Origin: Narcine bancroftii
Taxonomy: Eukaryota
Direction: 5' to 3'
Assembly: GCF_036971445.1 (NCBI RefSeq)
Contig: NC_091473.1
Location: 205,344,001 to 205,408,000, forward strand
Length of the DNA stretch: 64,000 nucleotides
The notes under the pieces are model-generated. The model searched no databases. It saw only the letters and a program-made list of their open reading frames with translations, and was not told where the DNA came from. Position numbers and translations under genes: made by a program. Positions 36,900 through 51,666 of this stretch are shown here, piece by piece (position 1 is the first letter of the stretch; each line of letters begins with the position of its first letter).

Positions 36900-38036
36900 C
36901 ACACATGTCAAACTCTGGCCCGCGGGCCAAATTTGGCCCGCGATATAATTATATTTGGCCCGCAAGATTAGATTAAATAAATATTAAGGTTGGCCCGCTG
37001 GCCGCCGTGCCAGTATATCGCATGCACACTGAAGGTGAAAATGAAGACGCCGGAGGTGTGGAGGGATCTCAGAGTTCTGAATCCCGGGGATCAGAGCGCC
37101 GCACTCAGCCCGCCCGGCTCCCGGACACACAGACGCGGCTGGAGTTGGGGACCATCCTCGCTGGGTCTGCGCTTCAGCGGCGACGCCGGACCGAACGTCT
37201 CGTTGGCGATGCCTTCCCCCTCGCTCCGTGCGCGGCGGACCCTGCCTCCCGCTCCTTTTGTTGGAGACGAGCCCGGCGCCGTGAGATCGCAATTTAATCC
37301 CTCTCCAACCATGGGAGGGGGGTGGGAGCAACGCGCCCTTCTCAGCCAATTCCTCCACCGCCCCGGACGCCGGCGTTTCAACGGGGGGTTCGGGTGCCTT
37401 CGTCAGGCGACCGACCTGTTGGTCCAAGTCAAGGGGAGAGCGTACAAACTCCACACAGACAGCACCTGAACTCGGGTGAACGTGGAGCTGCGATCCCACA
37501 TTCCACATCAGGACTGTGTGTAAGATTGGGAGCAGTGAGACGGAAGCTTATTTTGTTTCTGTGATTTAAGCCTTTCTTGGGGTGGGGGGGATCCTTCTCT
37601 GACCACTTGCCTAACAATTAACCTAATCAGATGTGGAGTTACCACAATACAACAGTTCTCAACCTTTTTCTTTCCACTCGCGTCCCTGTGCCATTGGTGC
37701 TCTGTGATTAGTAAGGGATTGCTTAAGGTGGTCTGTGGGTGGAAAGAAAATGTTTGAAGACCACTGCTTTAATCATCCCTCATTGTTTCGTCATGTGCAC
37801 GGTTTCAGAACGCTAAAGGAAATGGGCCAATGACAATGACAATGACAATGAAAGAGTTTATCCAAAACTATTATTAAACATTTATTTTAATAAGAAAAAG
37901 TTTAACATTACATATGTTGAAAGAAGAGAAAACATGCAGATGTTGTTGAAAATTTTCAATAAATATTTAGATCGGCCCTCGACTTAGTCCAAGTTTTTAA
38001 TTTTGACCCTCCGTGAATTTGAGTTTGGCACCCCTG
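36900..38036. mobile_element. Non-autonomous hAT (Charlie-like) element with cargo
   Basis: Imperfect TIRs CACACATGTCAAACTC...GAGTTTGGCACCCCTG, perfect 8-bp TSD AGCTAGAT (36892-36899 and 38037-38044), and GGCCCGC subterminal repeats. Confidence 0.88.
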
Positions 38037-40679
38037 AGCTAGATGGTCTCACCAGGTCTGTCTACCGTCAATGGAGGCTAATGGTCAGTCTACAATTCGG
38101 GGCATAAACGGTATCATGACTCCCTCCTCCAAAAATTGTGAAACAATTATCCGGGAATTGTGAGGTGAGTCAGTCGTGACGGGTCCAACCGAGGGTAAAT
38201 CGATGTGATGTTATCATACTTACTTGACGACGGTTTAAACATATGATTTGAATTCCAGGGGAATGTAGCTTTACGTTCTAGTCATTTGAGGCTCTACATT
38301 TTACTAATATGAGGGAATTTAATAATAGGAAGATATTCAATGGTATTTCGGTGTTGAAACTAAAGCATTGAGTGAAGGGTTATGCAAATTATTTCTCCCA
38401 GAATTGTGGGAGGCTGGGTCACTTTCTCAACCACATTGAACTGTGATATTTTTAGTGATGTTTTCTCTGGCCTGAATCCCACTCCAAACCACCCTATATT
38501 TTTGCAGCTGGTGCCGATATTTTATTTAATAGCCTGGAATGTAGACAATTTTCCACAAATCCTTATTCCACAAGAGGCAACTGTGAACACAAACAGGCGC
38601 CAGAACAAAATAAAAGTGATTGTCAACTGAAGATTTTGAATGGAAGCAGAGTATAAATAGAAGCTTCAGATTTTCAAATGAAAAGAAACGTCAAGGTGAT
38701 GAAGCAGCAGAATACGCAGGATCAATAAGAAAAAAATGAAGAAGGGAAAAGTATTGGTGACCGGAAGTAAAGCAATTCTGATGGAAAATAGGGGAATAGG
38801 AATGCAGAATGAGGAGGTTTAATTAATTATTTAGTGTTCACATGATTGAATATTATTTGTGGTGAATCTAAAAATACAATGTCATATTTTACTTGATGTC
38901 GAAGAATGGAATTCCCCTGGATTTAATAGCTGCTACACCATGTTGCGTGAAGAATTTTGTGCTGGTGCATCAAACGCAACTAATTTCATGTTGTGGTCAA
39001 GATATGATTCAATTCTCCATATCACCATGTCCCTAATTTTAATATTTGTTATACTAAGTATGATCATGAGAGAGACATAACAGAAACATTTGAAAACTTT
39101 ATTCCATTGATTTCACAGGGAGTTGTCAATATGCCATTAAATAACCGCTAGAGTAATGTATAAGGCTGTTACCATCACTTTATGTCCAGACCCTACAGTA
39201 TATGCNNNNNNNNNNNNNNNNNNNNNNNNNNNNNNNNNNNNNNNNNNNNNNNNNNNNNNNNNNNNNNNNNNNNNNNNNNNNNNNNNNNNNNNNNNNNNNN
39301 NNNNNNNNNNNNNNNNNNNNNNNNNNNNNNNNNNNNNNNNNNNNNNNNNNNNNNNNNNNNNNNNNNNNNNNNNNNNNNNNNNNNNNNNNNNNNNNNNNNN
39401 NNNNNNNNNNNNNNNNNNNNNNNNNNNNNNNNNNNNNNNNNNNNNNNNNNNNNNNNNNNNNNNNNNNNNNNNNNNNNNNNNNNNNTGCAAATGTGTGCGT
39501 GCCTCTCTGTCTTTCTGTGTATACAAAAAATGAGCGGATGGCCCCCTGACTGGAGAATATTGGCTGTGGGGACATGGTAATTGAGCTGCACAACATTCCC
39601 TGCAGAATTGAACTAGAGTGGGGAGTTAATCGGTATGTAAACACGTCAATCCTCGAAAGGATGCATGACCTGCTCTTTTAGCGGGTATGCCAGCAACTAT
39701 AGGAACAGAGAGGATTTCTCATTGGATTCCGTATATAATGTTGGTCAAGCGCTGTATAACTGCATGAAGCTAATTTTCTTGAATTTTAACTATGGTCGGA
39801 ATGAAAGAAGAACGATGAACCGTAAATCTGTTTGAGAAATAGGTAACAACAGAAATAGTTCGCTGGTGTCTGTTTGAGCCACCGGCATGCTATTCCATAT
39901 AGTTGTGCTGGTCACATCTGCCATATCTTCGAACACGGGGCCTCAGTGGGTCAAGAGAGCAAATAGTGAGAAGCTTGATTGTGTTTGGGGATGAGTATGA
40001 CAAAAATGCACCTTCAGATAAATTGTGCGAAGAAACTCTTAGCATCTTTGCTACTTACACCCACATGCATCTTGGTGACATCAGTTAAAATTTGAATATT
40101 ACTCTTGACCTTATCACGCCTATTGTAGGGATAAGTGAACGACTTGATCCGAAAGAGATCATGAATCTAATTCATTTATTTATTCAGATTTATGTGTTGG
40201 TCAATGAATTTTTGATGTTAAATTTGAATGTTAACAAAAATAGTGAAAAATGGAAAATTAATATGCTAGTATCTGCATATTTTTATTCAAATGTATTTTG
40301 TTTGTTAACAATGGGTTGACTGCGTTCTTGTATTGTGAAAACATAATTATCATCCGTGTCTCTGTCCTTGGCATTAATTGTAGCAGCTGTGTTTTGTCTC
40401 GTTTGGAATGTATTTAAGGTTCATTATAATTTTGGAGTTTTACCAGTAGAAGATATTGGGAGAGGGAATGTAGTTAATAACGTGCCATCTTTCTTTTAAT
40501 CGGCTTTCTGGCTGCGGGAGGAGGATGGAGGTTCTTTTTCAGCATTTTCCTGATAGCTACTTTGGGTTTCAGAGACGCATCTGCTTTTATTTATTTCATT
40601 TTCAATGCTTGTTCAGTGTAATTTGAATTAGCTTTTTACTTGCTTGCCTTTTACTTTAAAAAAAATTAACATTAATCAA

Positions 40680-43505
40680 AGTATTAATTTAATTAGTGTT
40701 AACGTCAATTTGTTAAATTACCCTGTAAAATGAAATGAGAGTTTTCTTACATAAAAAAACCCAAGATCCAAATTATATTTCTGCAGGAAACGCATATAAG
40801 CAACAGTGACAACTCAAATCTTTCAAGACGGAGGGGGAGAATGCACTTTAATTCTAATTTCAGGTTAAATCTAGCGAAGTAACGAACTTTACGATGATAC
40901 AATTCCCTTTATTCTACATAATCTTGTGTCACATAAAAACGGTCGTTTCGCTATTGTGATAGGGAAATTTTATAATTAATTGTTAGTGCTTGCTAATATG
41001 TATGCACCATATGTGGATGATCCTGGATTCTGTAAACGTTTTTTTCCATCTTTTCCTGATATGAGCCTTTCATCTTTAGTGCTTAGTGGAGGCTTTAATT
41101 ATTAGTGAGATCCACTCTCTGAACCAGCCTTTTTCAATAGATCAGCTTTATTTATTCAATATTTAAAAAGAATGTGGTATTATCAATGTCTGGCGTCTGT
41201 TTGTCATCCAGAAGATAGAGAACATTGGTTTTGATCTTACGTTCATTCACGATCGACGACCTTTTGTTGATATTTAATTGATCTCTGCAAATTCGATGGT
41301 ATAATAAAAATATTTAATTTCTGACCATATTTCTGTGTTTATCTCCTTAAACCTTTCCGCTAGTCCCCAAATAAACAGGTATTGGTGTTTCCATTCCACC
41401 CTTCTTTCTGGTAAAGATTTTCTTAAAAGTTCTTGGAAGCACAAATTACTTAACTGTTTGAAAGAAATACCAAGGAAGAGATTTCTAGTCTTATTGTTTG
41501 AGATGCTTTCAAGGCTTTTTTAAAAAAAATCGAGTACAATTTATCTCTTGTACTGCATGTATTAAGGAAAAAAGCCAAGAAAGACAAAACTGATATAGCT
41601 AATCAACTGAAACAAGTAAATCGTGCTATGGCTCCAGATCGAGCGTGTCGAAATTAAAACTAAATTTTATGTTATTTTGACATATCCAATAAAATCCAAC
41701 TTTTAAAAGATAAAAGTAAATTTTATGTTCGTGTTAATAAAACACCTAAACGTTTGGCTAACCAGCTAAAAGCTGTAGTAGGCAAACAACAAATTGAAGA
41801 AATACGCAAAGCTAATGGGATATGACAACTGATCATTTAGAAATAAATTATACCTTTAAGGAATTTTATAGTACCAATCTTCCTAAGGATGGTATTGTAA
41901 TAAATATGCTTTTTAGATTAATTGAATATTGCAATAATTACAGCTGCTGAGCAAAAGCAGTTGTTTCAACACATTTGAGGAAATTTCCGAGGTTGCCACC
42001 ATTCTGGGAAGTCACCAAGCCATGATGGATTTTCTGGTGAATTCTATAACGCTTTTGTTTCTCGTCCGTCGTCTGTTCCCCCCCCCCCCCCCCGATCCGT
42101 TTCAGTTGGGCAATTGCCACAGATGTTTTAATAAAGCTTACAGTTTGGTTATTCTTAAAAATAATAAATAATAAAAAAGAATAAAAACCAATTCGACTGG
42201 TCTTCATACACGCCAATTTATTTACATAAAGTTGACACACAAAAAAAATCCAAAGCTTGGTCAAATATTTTCCCACTTATTATATCTGACAACCAGACTG
42301 GATTTATTAAAATAGATATTCTAATTTCAATATACAGCCTTTACTAAATATTATATATTCTCCTTCCAAGTTTATTTCGGAATGTATTCGTGGAGAAGGC
42401 ATTTGATTGGTTAGAATGGAATTATTCATTAAACACTTAAGAGAAATTTAACTTTGTGCCCGATTTTATTCAATTGATAGAAGTACTATATTTATCCCAC
42501 TCTGCATGTATTACTACTGACTTTCAAAATTCTAAATCATTTATTCTGTAGCATGGAACTACGCAAGGATGCTCTGTAAGTCCATTGCTTTTTGATTTGC
42601 CTTTAGAATCCTTAGCTGTCACTTTCGGAGAATCCAATGATATCATTAGCATTTTTAGGAAGTAGATTACCTATAAGGCTTTGCTTCATGATGATGAGGA
42701 TGATTTATTGCTTTTTTATTTCTCATATTGAGACCTTCTATGATTTCTTTACTTTCTAATTTTAGTCACTTCTCTGGCTATTAATTGAATTTACGTTAAA
42801 GGGAACTCTTTCCTTTGAATAATTTGGCAAAGGTAAATATTAATTTTCCTTTTAAGATCGTAAGAAATCAATTTTCAAATTTGGGTGTAATATCACTAAG
42901 AATTGTAAATGCCTATTTAAAAATCTTTTCCTCAATTTAGTAAAAGACGTGGGAGGGGCGTTATCAAATTGGTCGTCCATTTTCTTATCGTTTGTTGGTC
43001 GAATCAACTCTTAAAAATAATATCCGAACCTAAATTTACAAACCTTTTTCAGGATTGTTCTGTTTTTATTCTTGTCTTCTCTTTATACACTCATATCTTT
43101 TTATATATGGAATGAAAAGACACTTGTCTAAATAAATTTCACTTTCTAATATCTAACGGAAAATGTAGGCTTAGCTCTACCAATGACTGGGCAGTGAACA
43201 TACAAAATATTACGTTTTGCTCATATTATAATAACCATGAAGAATGTCCAATATGGGTCTCCTTATAATCTAATTCTGATACAAAATTTTCTATTATCTA
43301 TCTTTTTGGGCCTTTTCGTGCCGTATCTTTAAAAAAAAATGAAATGATGCTATGGTAGTAAGCATACTGAGGATCTGGATACATTTTAGAAAACAGTTAA
43401 GTTTATTGTGAATTTTCCTTTCTCGTCCTTTTTTCTAACTATTTTAAACGTTCTATGATTGACGTAGCATTTAAAGGATAGTATAGATTAGGTATTGTGT
43501 ATTTC
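40680..43505 (+). mobile_element. Old, heavily decayed L1 ORF2 (continues at 49309 to about 49680)
   Basis: Motifs FLQETHI, NMYAP, KSP..DGF, DNQTGFIKNRY, EKAFD, GTTQGC.VSPLLF and LALP through many stops; split by a younger L1. Confidence 0.85.
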
Positions 43506-46500
43506 TTTCTTTTCCAATCTTTTTATTATTATTATAATTTATAAACATATACAGTTCAAAGAGATATGAAAAATACATAGTAAATAACGAATTAATACAG
43601 ATATTAAACAATAATATTGCAGAATAAAAATATATCATAAAAATTTTTTAGATCAGTTTAGAGTATGAACTATCTCTAAAAAAAGAAATAATTAATAAAA
43701 ATATATAAAAAAAGAGAAAATAAAAACCCCAAAAAAGAAGAAAAAACAAATCTGAATTAAAAACTTAAAAAATAAAAAAAACCTACCGATATAGCTAAAC
43801 CACGCCAATCACTCCGATCTCATCTAGCAGCCCAATTATCATACATAATCATAAAAAGAAAACAGAGCCAGATCAACTCACCACAAATGAAAATATTGAA
43901 TAAATGGTCGCCAGGTTAACTCAAACTTAGAAGGGGATTCATAGACAGAGTTTCTAATTTTCTCTAAATTTAAACATAGTATAGTTTGGATAAACCATTG
44001 GAAAACAGTGGGAGGATTAACCTCTTTCCAATTCAATAATATAGATCTTCTAGCCATTAGTGTAAGAAAAGCAATCATACGATCCGCAGGAAGAGATAAA
44101 TAAGTCAAATCTATCATAGGTAATCCAAAAATTGCAGTAATGGGATGTGGTTGTAAATCAATATTCAAAACGGTAGATATAATGGAAAAAAATTCCTTCC
44201 AATAATTCTGTAAAGAGGGACAGGAGCAAAACATATGTGTAAGGGAAGCTATTTCCAATTGACATTTATCACATATAGGATCGATATGAAAATAAAAGCG
44301 ATGGAGTTTATCTTTAGACATATGAGCTCTATGAACAACTTTAAATTGTATCAGTGAATGTTTTGCACATAGAGAAGAGGAGTTTACCAGTCACAGAATT
44401 TTATTCCAATTTTCACTGGAAATATGAAGGTTGAGTTCTCTTTCCCAATCATTTTTAAACTTTCCAAAAGTCCCAGAATTTATTTTTGTAATTATATTAT
44501 ATAATTTAGATATCACACCTTTTGGAGGGAATTTTGAATATAGTATATCCTCTAAAACAGTCGTAGTGTCCCGATTGGGAAAAGAGGGTAAAGTCGAAAC
44601 TAAGAAACTCCTAATCTGCAAATATCGAAAGAAATGAGATCTAGGTAAATCATATTTCATGGATAATTGTTCAAATGACATGAAAGAGTTATCCAAGAAT
44701 AAATCCGAAAAGCATGTTATACCTTTAACTTTCCTGAGTAAATAAGCTTGATCAATTAGAGAGGGATGAAAAAAGAAATTTAGTACAATAGGGGTTTCCA
44801 AGATAAAATGACTTAGGCCAAAAAATCTCTGGAATTGAAACCATATACGTAGTGTATGTTTAGCCATTGGATTATCAATTAGTTTATATAGTTTAGTAAG
44901 AGTAAAAGGGAGAGCAGCTCCCAAAATAGAACTAATTGAGAAATTTTGTACCAGTTTAATTTTTCTAAATTTACCCAATGGGGATTCAGAGATAATTCTG
45001 AATAATTCAACCAATATCTTAAGTAACTAATATTAATTGCCCAATAATAAATTCTAAAGTTGGGTAATGCCAATCCTCCCTCCAGTTTAGATTTCTGTAA
45101 ATATTTTTTTCCCAATCTAGGATTCTTGTTTTGCCAGATATATGAAGACAATTTAGAATCGACCTTATCAAAAAAAGATTTAGGAACAAAAATAAGTATA
45201 GCTTGGAATATATATTAAAATTTAGGTAAGATCATCATCTTAATAGCATTAATTCGGCCTATCATGGATAGGGATAATGGTGACCAATTGGTAAGTAAAC
45301 TACCGGTCAGGTCCAATAGAGGGAGAAAATTAATCCTAAACAAATCTTTTTGTTTTTTAATAATCTTAATCCCTAAATATATAAAATAGTCTCAAGCTAT
45401 TTTAAAAGGCAAGCTATCGTAAATAGGAACCCATCCATTAAAAGAGAATAATTCACTTTTATTTAAGTTCAGTTTATATCCCGAAAAATTACTAAATTGG
45501 GATAATAAAGATAAAACTGCAGGAATAGAATTTTCAGGATTGGAAATATATAGCAATAAATAATCTGCATATAGTGATACTTTATGAATATCCCTGCAAC
45601 GAATAATACCAGTAATATTGGGTGCTTCTCTGATAGCAATTGCCAAAGGTTCTAAAGCTAAGTTAAATAATAAAGGGCTAAGGGGGAACCCTTGCCTGGT
45701 GCCCCGAAATAATCGAAAATATGGCGATCTTTGGGTATTAGTAAAAACCGAGGCAACTGGGGAATTATAAAGAAGTTTAATCCAAGATATAAATATTGGA
45801 CTAAAATTAAATTTTTCAAGAACTGTAAATAAATAAGGCCATTCTACTCTATCGAAGGCCTTCTCAGCATCTAATGAAATAACACATTCTGAGGACTTAT
45901 GTGAAGGGGTGTAAATAATATTCATCAATCATCTAATATTAAAGGAGGAATAACGATTTTTAATGAATCCAGTCTGGTCTTCAGAGATAATATATGGTAA
46001 TATCTTCTCTAGCCTTGTCGCTAGAATTTTAGAGAAAATCTTAGAATCAACATTCAACAAAGAAATTGGTCTATAAGAGGAACATTCGGTCGGGTCTTTA
46101 TTTTTTTTCAAGATTAGAGAAATCGTAGCTCTGTAAAATGATTGTAGTAGTTTACCCAATGTGATAGATTCATCAAACATCTTAATAAGCCAGGGAGAGA
46201 GAGTAGAAGAAAAAGCTTTATAAAATTCCAAACAATATCCATCGGGCCCTGGTGCTTTCCCCGAGTTCAGTGAGGAAATCTGTAATGGGTTTACTTAATT
46301 CTAAGTTATCTTGAGGTAATACTTTTGGGAGTTTCAAATGTTCTAAAAAATTAAACATATTACTAAGGTCTTGAGGAGATTCTGAACTATATAAGGATGT
46401 ATAACAATTTTGGAAAGATTGATTTATCTCTTCCTGGTTAACTGTCAGTTCTCCATTCTGTTTGCGAATCTCCACAATTTGGCGTCTAACTAAAATATTC

Positions 46501-49292
46501 TTCAGTTGATTAGCCAACAGTTTACCCGATTTCTCACTATGCACATAAAAATTAGATTTAGATCTAATTAACTGGTTTTCAATCGAAGATGTAAGTAACA
46601 AATTATATTCCATCTGCAGTTCAATTCTTTGTTTGTAAAGTTCTTCAGTAGGATCAGTCACATATTTCTTGTCGATGTCTTTAATCTTCTCAACCAATAG
46701 ATGAATCTTATTTTTGAAGCATTTCTCAAAGGTACTGAGTAAGAAATAATTTGACCATGAATGTATCCCACATTATTCCATAAGATATTTCCGTAGTGTA
46801 ATTTGTTGAAAAAAAAAGTTAATTTGTTCTTTCATAAATTTAACAAAGTCTAAATCTTGCGATAATGTAACATCAAAACGCCAGTGCTTAACAGTAGAAA
46901 CAGAGTCTTTGAATTTAAGAGAAAGTTGTAATGGGGAGTGATCCGAAATGGCTATAATGTCATACTTACAAGCAGTTACAAGTGAAATAAAACGTGAATC
47001 AATAAAAAAGTGATCAATTCTTGAGTATAAGTGGTATACATGAGAAAAAAAGGAAAACTTTTTATCTGTCGGGTTAAGAAATCGCCAAATATCAACAGCT
47101 CCAGAGTTAGTAAGGAAAGAGTTAATATATGTAGCCGATTTATTCGGTAGGAACTGTGCAGGTTTCGACCTATCTAGCAGGGGATTCAAACAACAGTTAA
47201 AATCCCCACCCATTATTAAATGATATTCATTTAGATTGGGTAAAATAGTAAACAAAGATCTAAAAAACTCAGGGTGATCTACATTCGGGGCATAAACATT
47301 AACCATGACAACCTTAATATTGAATAATAGCCCAGTAACCAATAAAAATCTGCCGTTAGGGTCTACAGTGATGTCATGTTGAACAAATGTAATAGAGGGA
47401 TCAATAAAAATAGATACACCTCGAATCTTAGAGCATGAGTTGGCATGAAATTGTGGGCCTTTCCAAGATTTAAAAAAACGCAGATTATCCTCCTCCCTCA
47501 CATGAGTCTCCTGTAAAAATATAATCTGTGCTTTTAGTCTCTGGAATACTTTAAAGACCTTCCTCCTTTTAAACAGGTGGTTTAGACCATTAGCATTCCA
47601 AGAGACAAAATTAATGTTTTGATCCATTACTTAGGTCAACCCTCCAATATATAAAGGGTTAACCAAAGCAGGGACCCATGTGCCCGGAAGAAGAATTAAG
47701 ATATAAGGAAGGACCGGAAATGACGACGTGTCAGCCATATTTGTAGTTCTAAAAAAATCAAGAAAAAACGAAAGAAAATGAAACATAAAAACCCCTGAAA
47801 GAAAAACAAAACCCACCCCCACCCACAAAGCCCCCCATCTGACCAGAGAGCGATCAGAGAAAAAAGAAGAAATAACACTAAACCTACCCCCATGTCTTCA
47901 GACGGCAGCTCCTAATATTAAGGTAAAATCCACCACCTAAACTTATAAGAAGGATAACTTAAGCTCAGACAAAGAGAAAATGGCGAATGTAAAAAAAACC
48001 ACGAAAAGTTTTAATAAACAAAAATTTTTTAAAAATCGCCATTTTCAGTAACTCAGAAATAAAATAGTAAAGAATATAATCATATTATTAGTATAGATTA
48101 ATATAAAAATAAACATACACTTATATATTAAAACAATTTTCTCACAGAGGAGAAAAAAATATATAAAAATGTGTTAGATATGAACAGGATAATTAGAGCT
48201 ACAATGATCTATTACTTTTTGAATGGCCAGAAATCAGAGTCTGACTATTAACCAGAAAAAGACCAATATCTACCGCATTTTTTATCGGTCACTCGGGCTG
48301 AGAGGTCGCTCTATACGGGAAATTAGCCGACAGGTAGTTCCGTGCTGCAGACACGGAGTCGAATATTTGACGAGCTTGGTTCTCCGGAGAAATTCTGAGC
48401 CTCGCAGAATACAGGAGCGCAGGTTTCAGTTTCTTCTCAAAACATTCGGACATCAGATCTGTAAACAGTCTTCGAACTCGTACTACCTCCGGACTAAAAT
48501 CTTCATCGGCTCTTAGACTAAAGCCACGAACAGTCACATTTACAAGTCTTCTGGCTGTACGAATCAATCTATCCTTTGTACTCAGGTAGTGCATAAGGAC
48601 CATCACCACTCTGGGTTTAGAAGCTTCAGCATTTCAGTTCCAGATATGATGTACTCTATCGAGTAGCGGTGGATCAACAGGGAATTCGGATGGGTATGCT
48701 TCTTTTAATAGCTCAGCAAAAAATGTCAGGAGATCTCCTTTCTCAAGCCTTCAGGAATTCCAACCAAACGAATATTTTGTCTTCTGGAACGGTTCTCTGA
48801 ATCAATGCTTTTCAGCTGGAGCGCTTCTAGCTGTTTAATTGCTTTGGAAAGTTTCTGTTCGACCTCAGCCAGTCTAATCTCTTTTTGTTGTACTTCAGTC
48901 TGAAGAGCTGCAATTAAGATATGTTGTTTTTTGGTTTCAGCTTCTGAGGCAATTAAAGCTGTACGAAGTTCAGCTAGGTCTTTTTTGCGACAAACATCTT
49001 TGAATTTATCACGAAAAAATTTTAAAAATTCATTGAAGGTCATCTCACTTAGTTTAATATCTGGTTGTTTCTTCTCTCGGCCGTCACCTTCTTCTGCCCG
49101 GGTTTTAGCACGTGTAGCTTTTCCTTCAGTAATTTCTTCAAAATTTTCAGACTCAAGTATAAATAGAGAAATAATAAAGGTCTTTCTGACTTCTGTGAAG
49201 TTAGTTCAAAGGTGGATACAGGTTAAAAATAGTATATTTTATGGAGGAAAAACCAAAACGTGTTCACTCCATGAGCGCCACCTGGAGACTCC
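43506..49292 (-). mobile_element. Full-length L1 LINE (about 5.8 kb), ORF1 about 48289-49140, ORF2 43878-47627, disrupted
   Basis: ORF1 SENRSRRQNIRLVGIPEG; APE SWNANGLN..LQETH..NVYAPN..SRID..SDH; RT YRPISLLN..DAEKAFDRV..GTRQG.PLSP..LYAD; C-terminal C..C..H..C. Perfect 16-bp TSD AGGTATTGTGTATTTC (43490-43505 and 49293-49308). Confidence 0.95.
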
Positions 49293-49740
49293 AGGTATTG
49301 TGTATTTCGAAGATATATTTGTTGAGGGGTGTCTCTGTTATTTCAGCAAAATATAGATAACTAAATATACGTTGTTGTTTCCAAAAATCAGAGATTGTTT
49401 TGCGATTCCAATTGCATGCATTTCCTAATAACTTGAATAAGAATTTAGAAGATATAAATTTTATGTTTAAACCATTATATAATCATTCAACATCTAACGT
49501 TTATGATATGCTGTTGGGAACAAGAGTAGTTCCTTTGAATAAATTGTTTTTAAAAAAATCCTAGGAACAAGACCTAGAGTTTTCAAACTCGCAAGAAATT
49601 TGGCATATAACTTTTAAAATTGGTTAATATTTCATCTTGATGTGATCGCCACGCTCTCCTAAAATTTAAATTATGAATATTGACAATTTCTATCGTGCAA
49701 GAAAATAATTGCATAACTAAAGTTTTTTTCAAAATATGGT

Positions 49741-50010
49741 GGATGACTTTGGCGATGCTTCAATACCTTACAGACATTTCAGATGACAGCCGAAGAAGGG
49801 AAACCCATAAGACTGCACTGCAGTTACCCTCCTGTCCTCATAGCCCACACCATTTAGTAGTACATCCTATATCCTGAAGAATTACGCAGACATCTACTAC
49901 CGAGCAGTCAGGTGAATTCAGAGCCAGTTATTCTTGATTTCTATTTGAAATAAACGTTACTGATCTTTTTGTATTATCTATGACGCCGCTGTCTCCGACT
50001 CTGTCACTTT
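49741..50010 (+). pseudogene. Decayed V pseudogene (55125-like family)
   Basis: DFGDASI..MTAEEGKPIRLHCSYP..TI**YILYPEE (W41 to stop) ... AAVSDSV. RSS not recognisable. Confidence 0.75.
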
Positions 50011-51185
50011 AGAACTCAGTGTTTCTGAAGGTATTCTCTTTTCATTTCTTTCTCCTATTGTTAGGGGCACAGGTATTGCTTATGCAGACTCTTTGTTTAT
50101 ATCAACGCAGACAAAAGTTGACGTAGAGACATTTTACTTTTTAAATAAGTAATTAAGAGACAACAAATGAAAAAGCTGAACCTTTGATACCAACACTGAG
50201 ACAGATTAGCCGTCAATCGGAAAATTAGGACATCATTGCAGTTCCACCCATAAACCAAGACTGACCTGGTAAACATAAGAACTTGCTCTGATGCAGAAAG
50301 TAATAATATCAGTGCACAAGTAAATTGCACCTTGTGGATGACAATGGACGCACTATCATTAGCATTATTAAAACATGAATTCAGAAATAGATTTAGATTT
50401 AGGCATTGAAAAGAAAAAATGACTATTAAATATATCTGTTTCATGAATTGTAGATGAAATCCACCTCAGAGGTTACATATTTTTATGTCTCTTCCTCAAC
50501 TAGTCCCCCACCCTCTCCCTTGCAATAATTGAAGCAAAGACATATGGAATTATCATGAGGAGTTTCCTAATTGGTATTCTTATTTGTATAAGTATGTACT
50601 TACATATTCCTGTTATTTCAATGATATGTGCTCTAATAAGACGTCTCTTCTTGATTCTATCTCTTCCCAGATTGAGCCCACATCGGTAGATGAGAGCGTC
50701 TTTGTTCAGATTGGGTCGGTTGTGAGAGACAATTTATGAATATTGAACTAAATGCCCGTAATATCCCGAGAGAAGGGTATGATCCTAATCTGCATTTTCT
50801 CACATCAACGTGATCGGACGCAGAAGCACTGTTGTATCGATTGGAGGAGATTTGTTTTCAAACCAAACACCATGTCCTTCTTCTGCTCCATATTGATTAT
50901 TATTCCGCGTGCTCCAGTAAGTATTTGTTTTAATGGACCATGTGATGACCGTGGCTTCGGTGGTCGTCCACATCGCACATTTTATTTGCAGTTGACAATG
51001 GCGCAGATTGAAGCACCGAACAAACGCGTGAGCTGTCTGCTGAAGATTGCCAAACTGTATCATTATCCTGCACATTATCTAGTTATCCTGTATTCAGAAA
51101 TATTCAATAACCTGGGCATTAAAAAGTAGAACATGAAAGTCTACAGACACAGTGGTTGAAAGAAAAAAATAATGGTAAATAAACT

Positions 51186-51292
51186 CAATAGACAATAGAA
51201 AATAGACAATAGGAGCTGGAGTAGGCCCTTCGGCCCGTCGAGCCAGCACCGCCATTTTACAGATCATGGCTGATCACTACCATCAGTACCCT
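51186..51292 (-). mobile_element. CR1 3'UTR fragment
   Basis: (AATAGAC)n tail plus GGAGTAGGCCCTTCGGCCC..GATCATGGCTGATC, typical of chondrichthyan CR1 3' ends. Confidence 0.65.
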
Positions 51293-51338
51293 TTTGACTC
51301 AAATGGTCAAACAGTGTAGTTGATCCAGCAAAAAATAA

Positions 51339-51385
<47 letters not shown>

Positions 51386-51666
51386 GCTAACGTTTCAGGC
51401 ATGAGTCCTGCATTGAGTGAGGAAAACCGATATCCACTAATAATGTTACCCTCCGGGTCCGCAGACCGATTACTTGTGTTCGCACCAGTCGGCTTGTGAG
51501 GCAAACCAGACATAAGACTTTACTGAACACAACCAAATATGCTAGACATGCCAATACGCAATTCAACTCACGCACCCTCACGTATGCGCAGTGTGCTGTT
51601 GCGAATACCGTGGCTGCAATGCGATTTCATTGGGTGCAGAGCAACAGATGGCAGCGGCTGTCTCCA

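Noticed and set aside
36984-37564. Overlapping 150-170 aa ORFs on both strands
   Set aside because: Expected from high GC content inside a TIR element; no domain recognised.
50545-51080. Leader-like MRSFLIGILICI plus acceptor CTTCCCAG as another V
   Set aside because: No recognisable Cys, Trp, YxC motif or RSS downstream.
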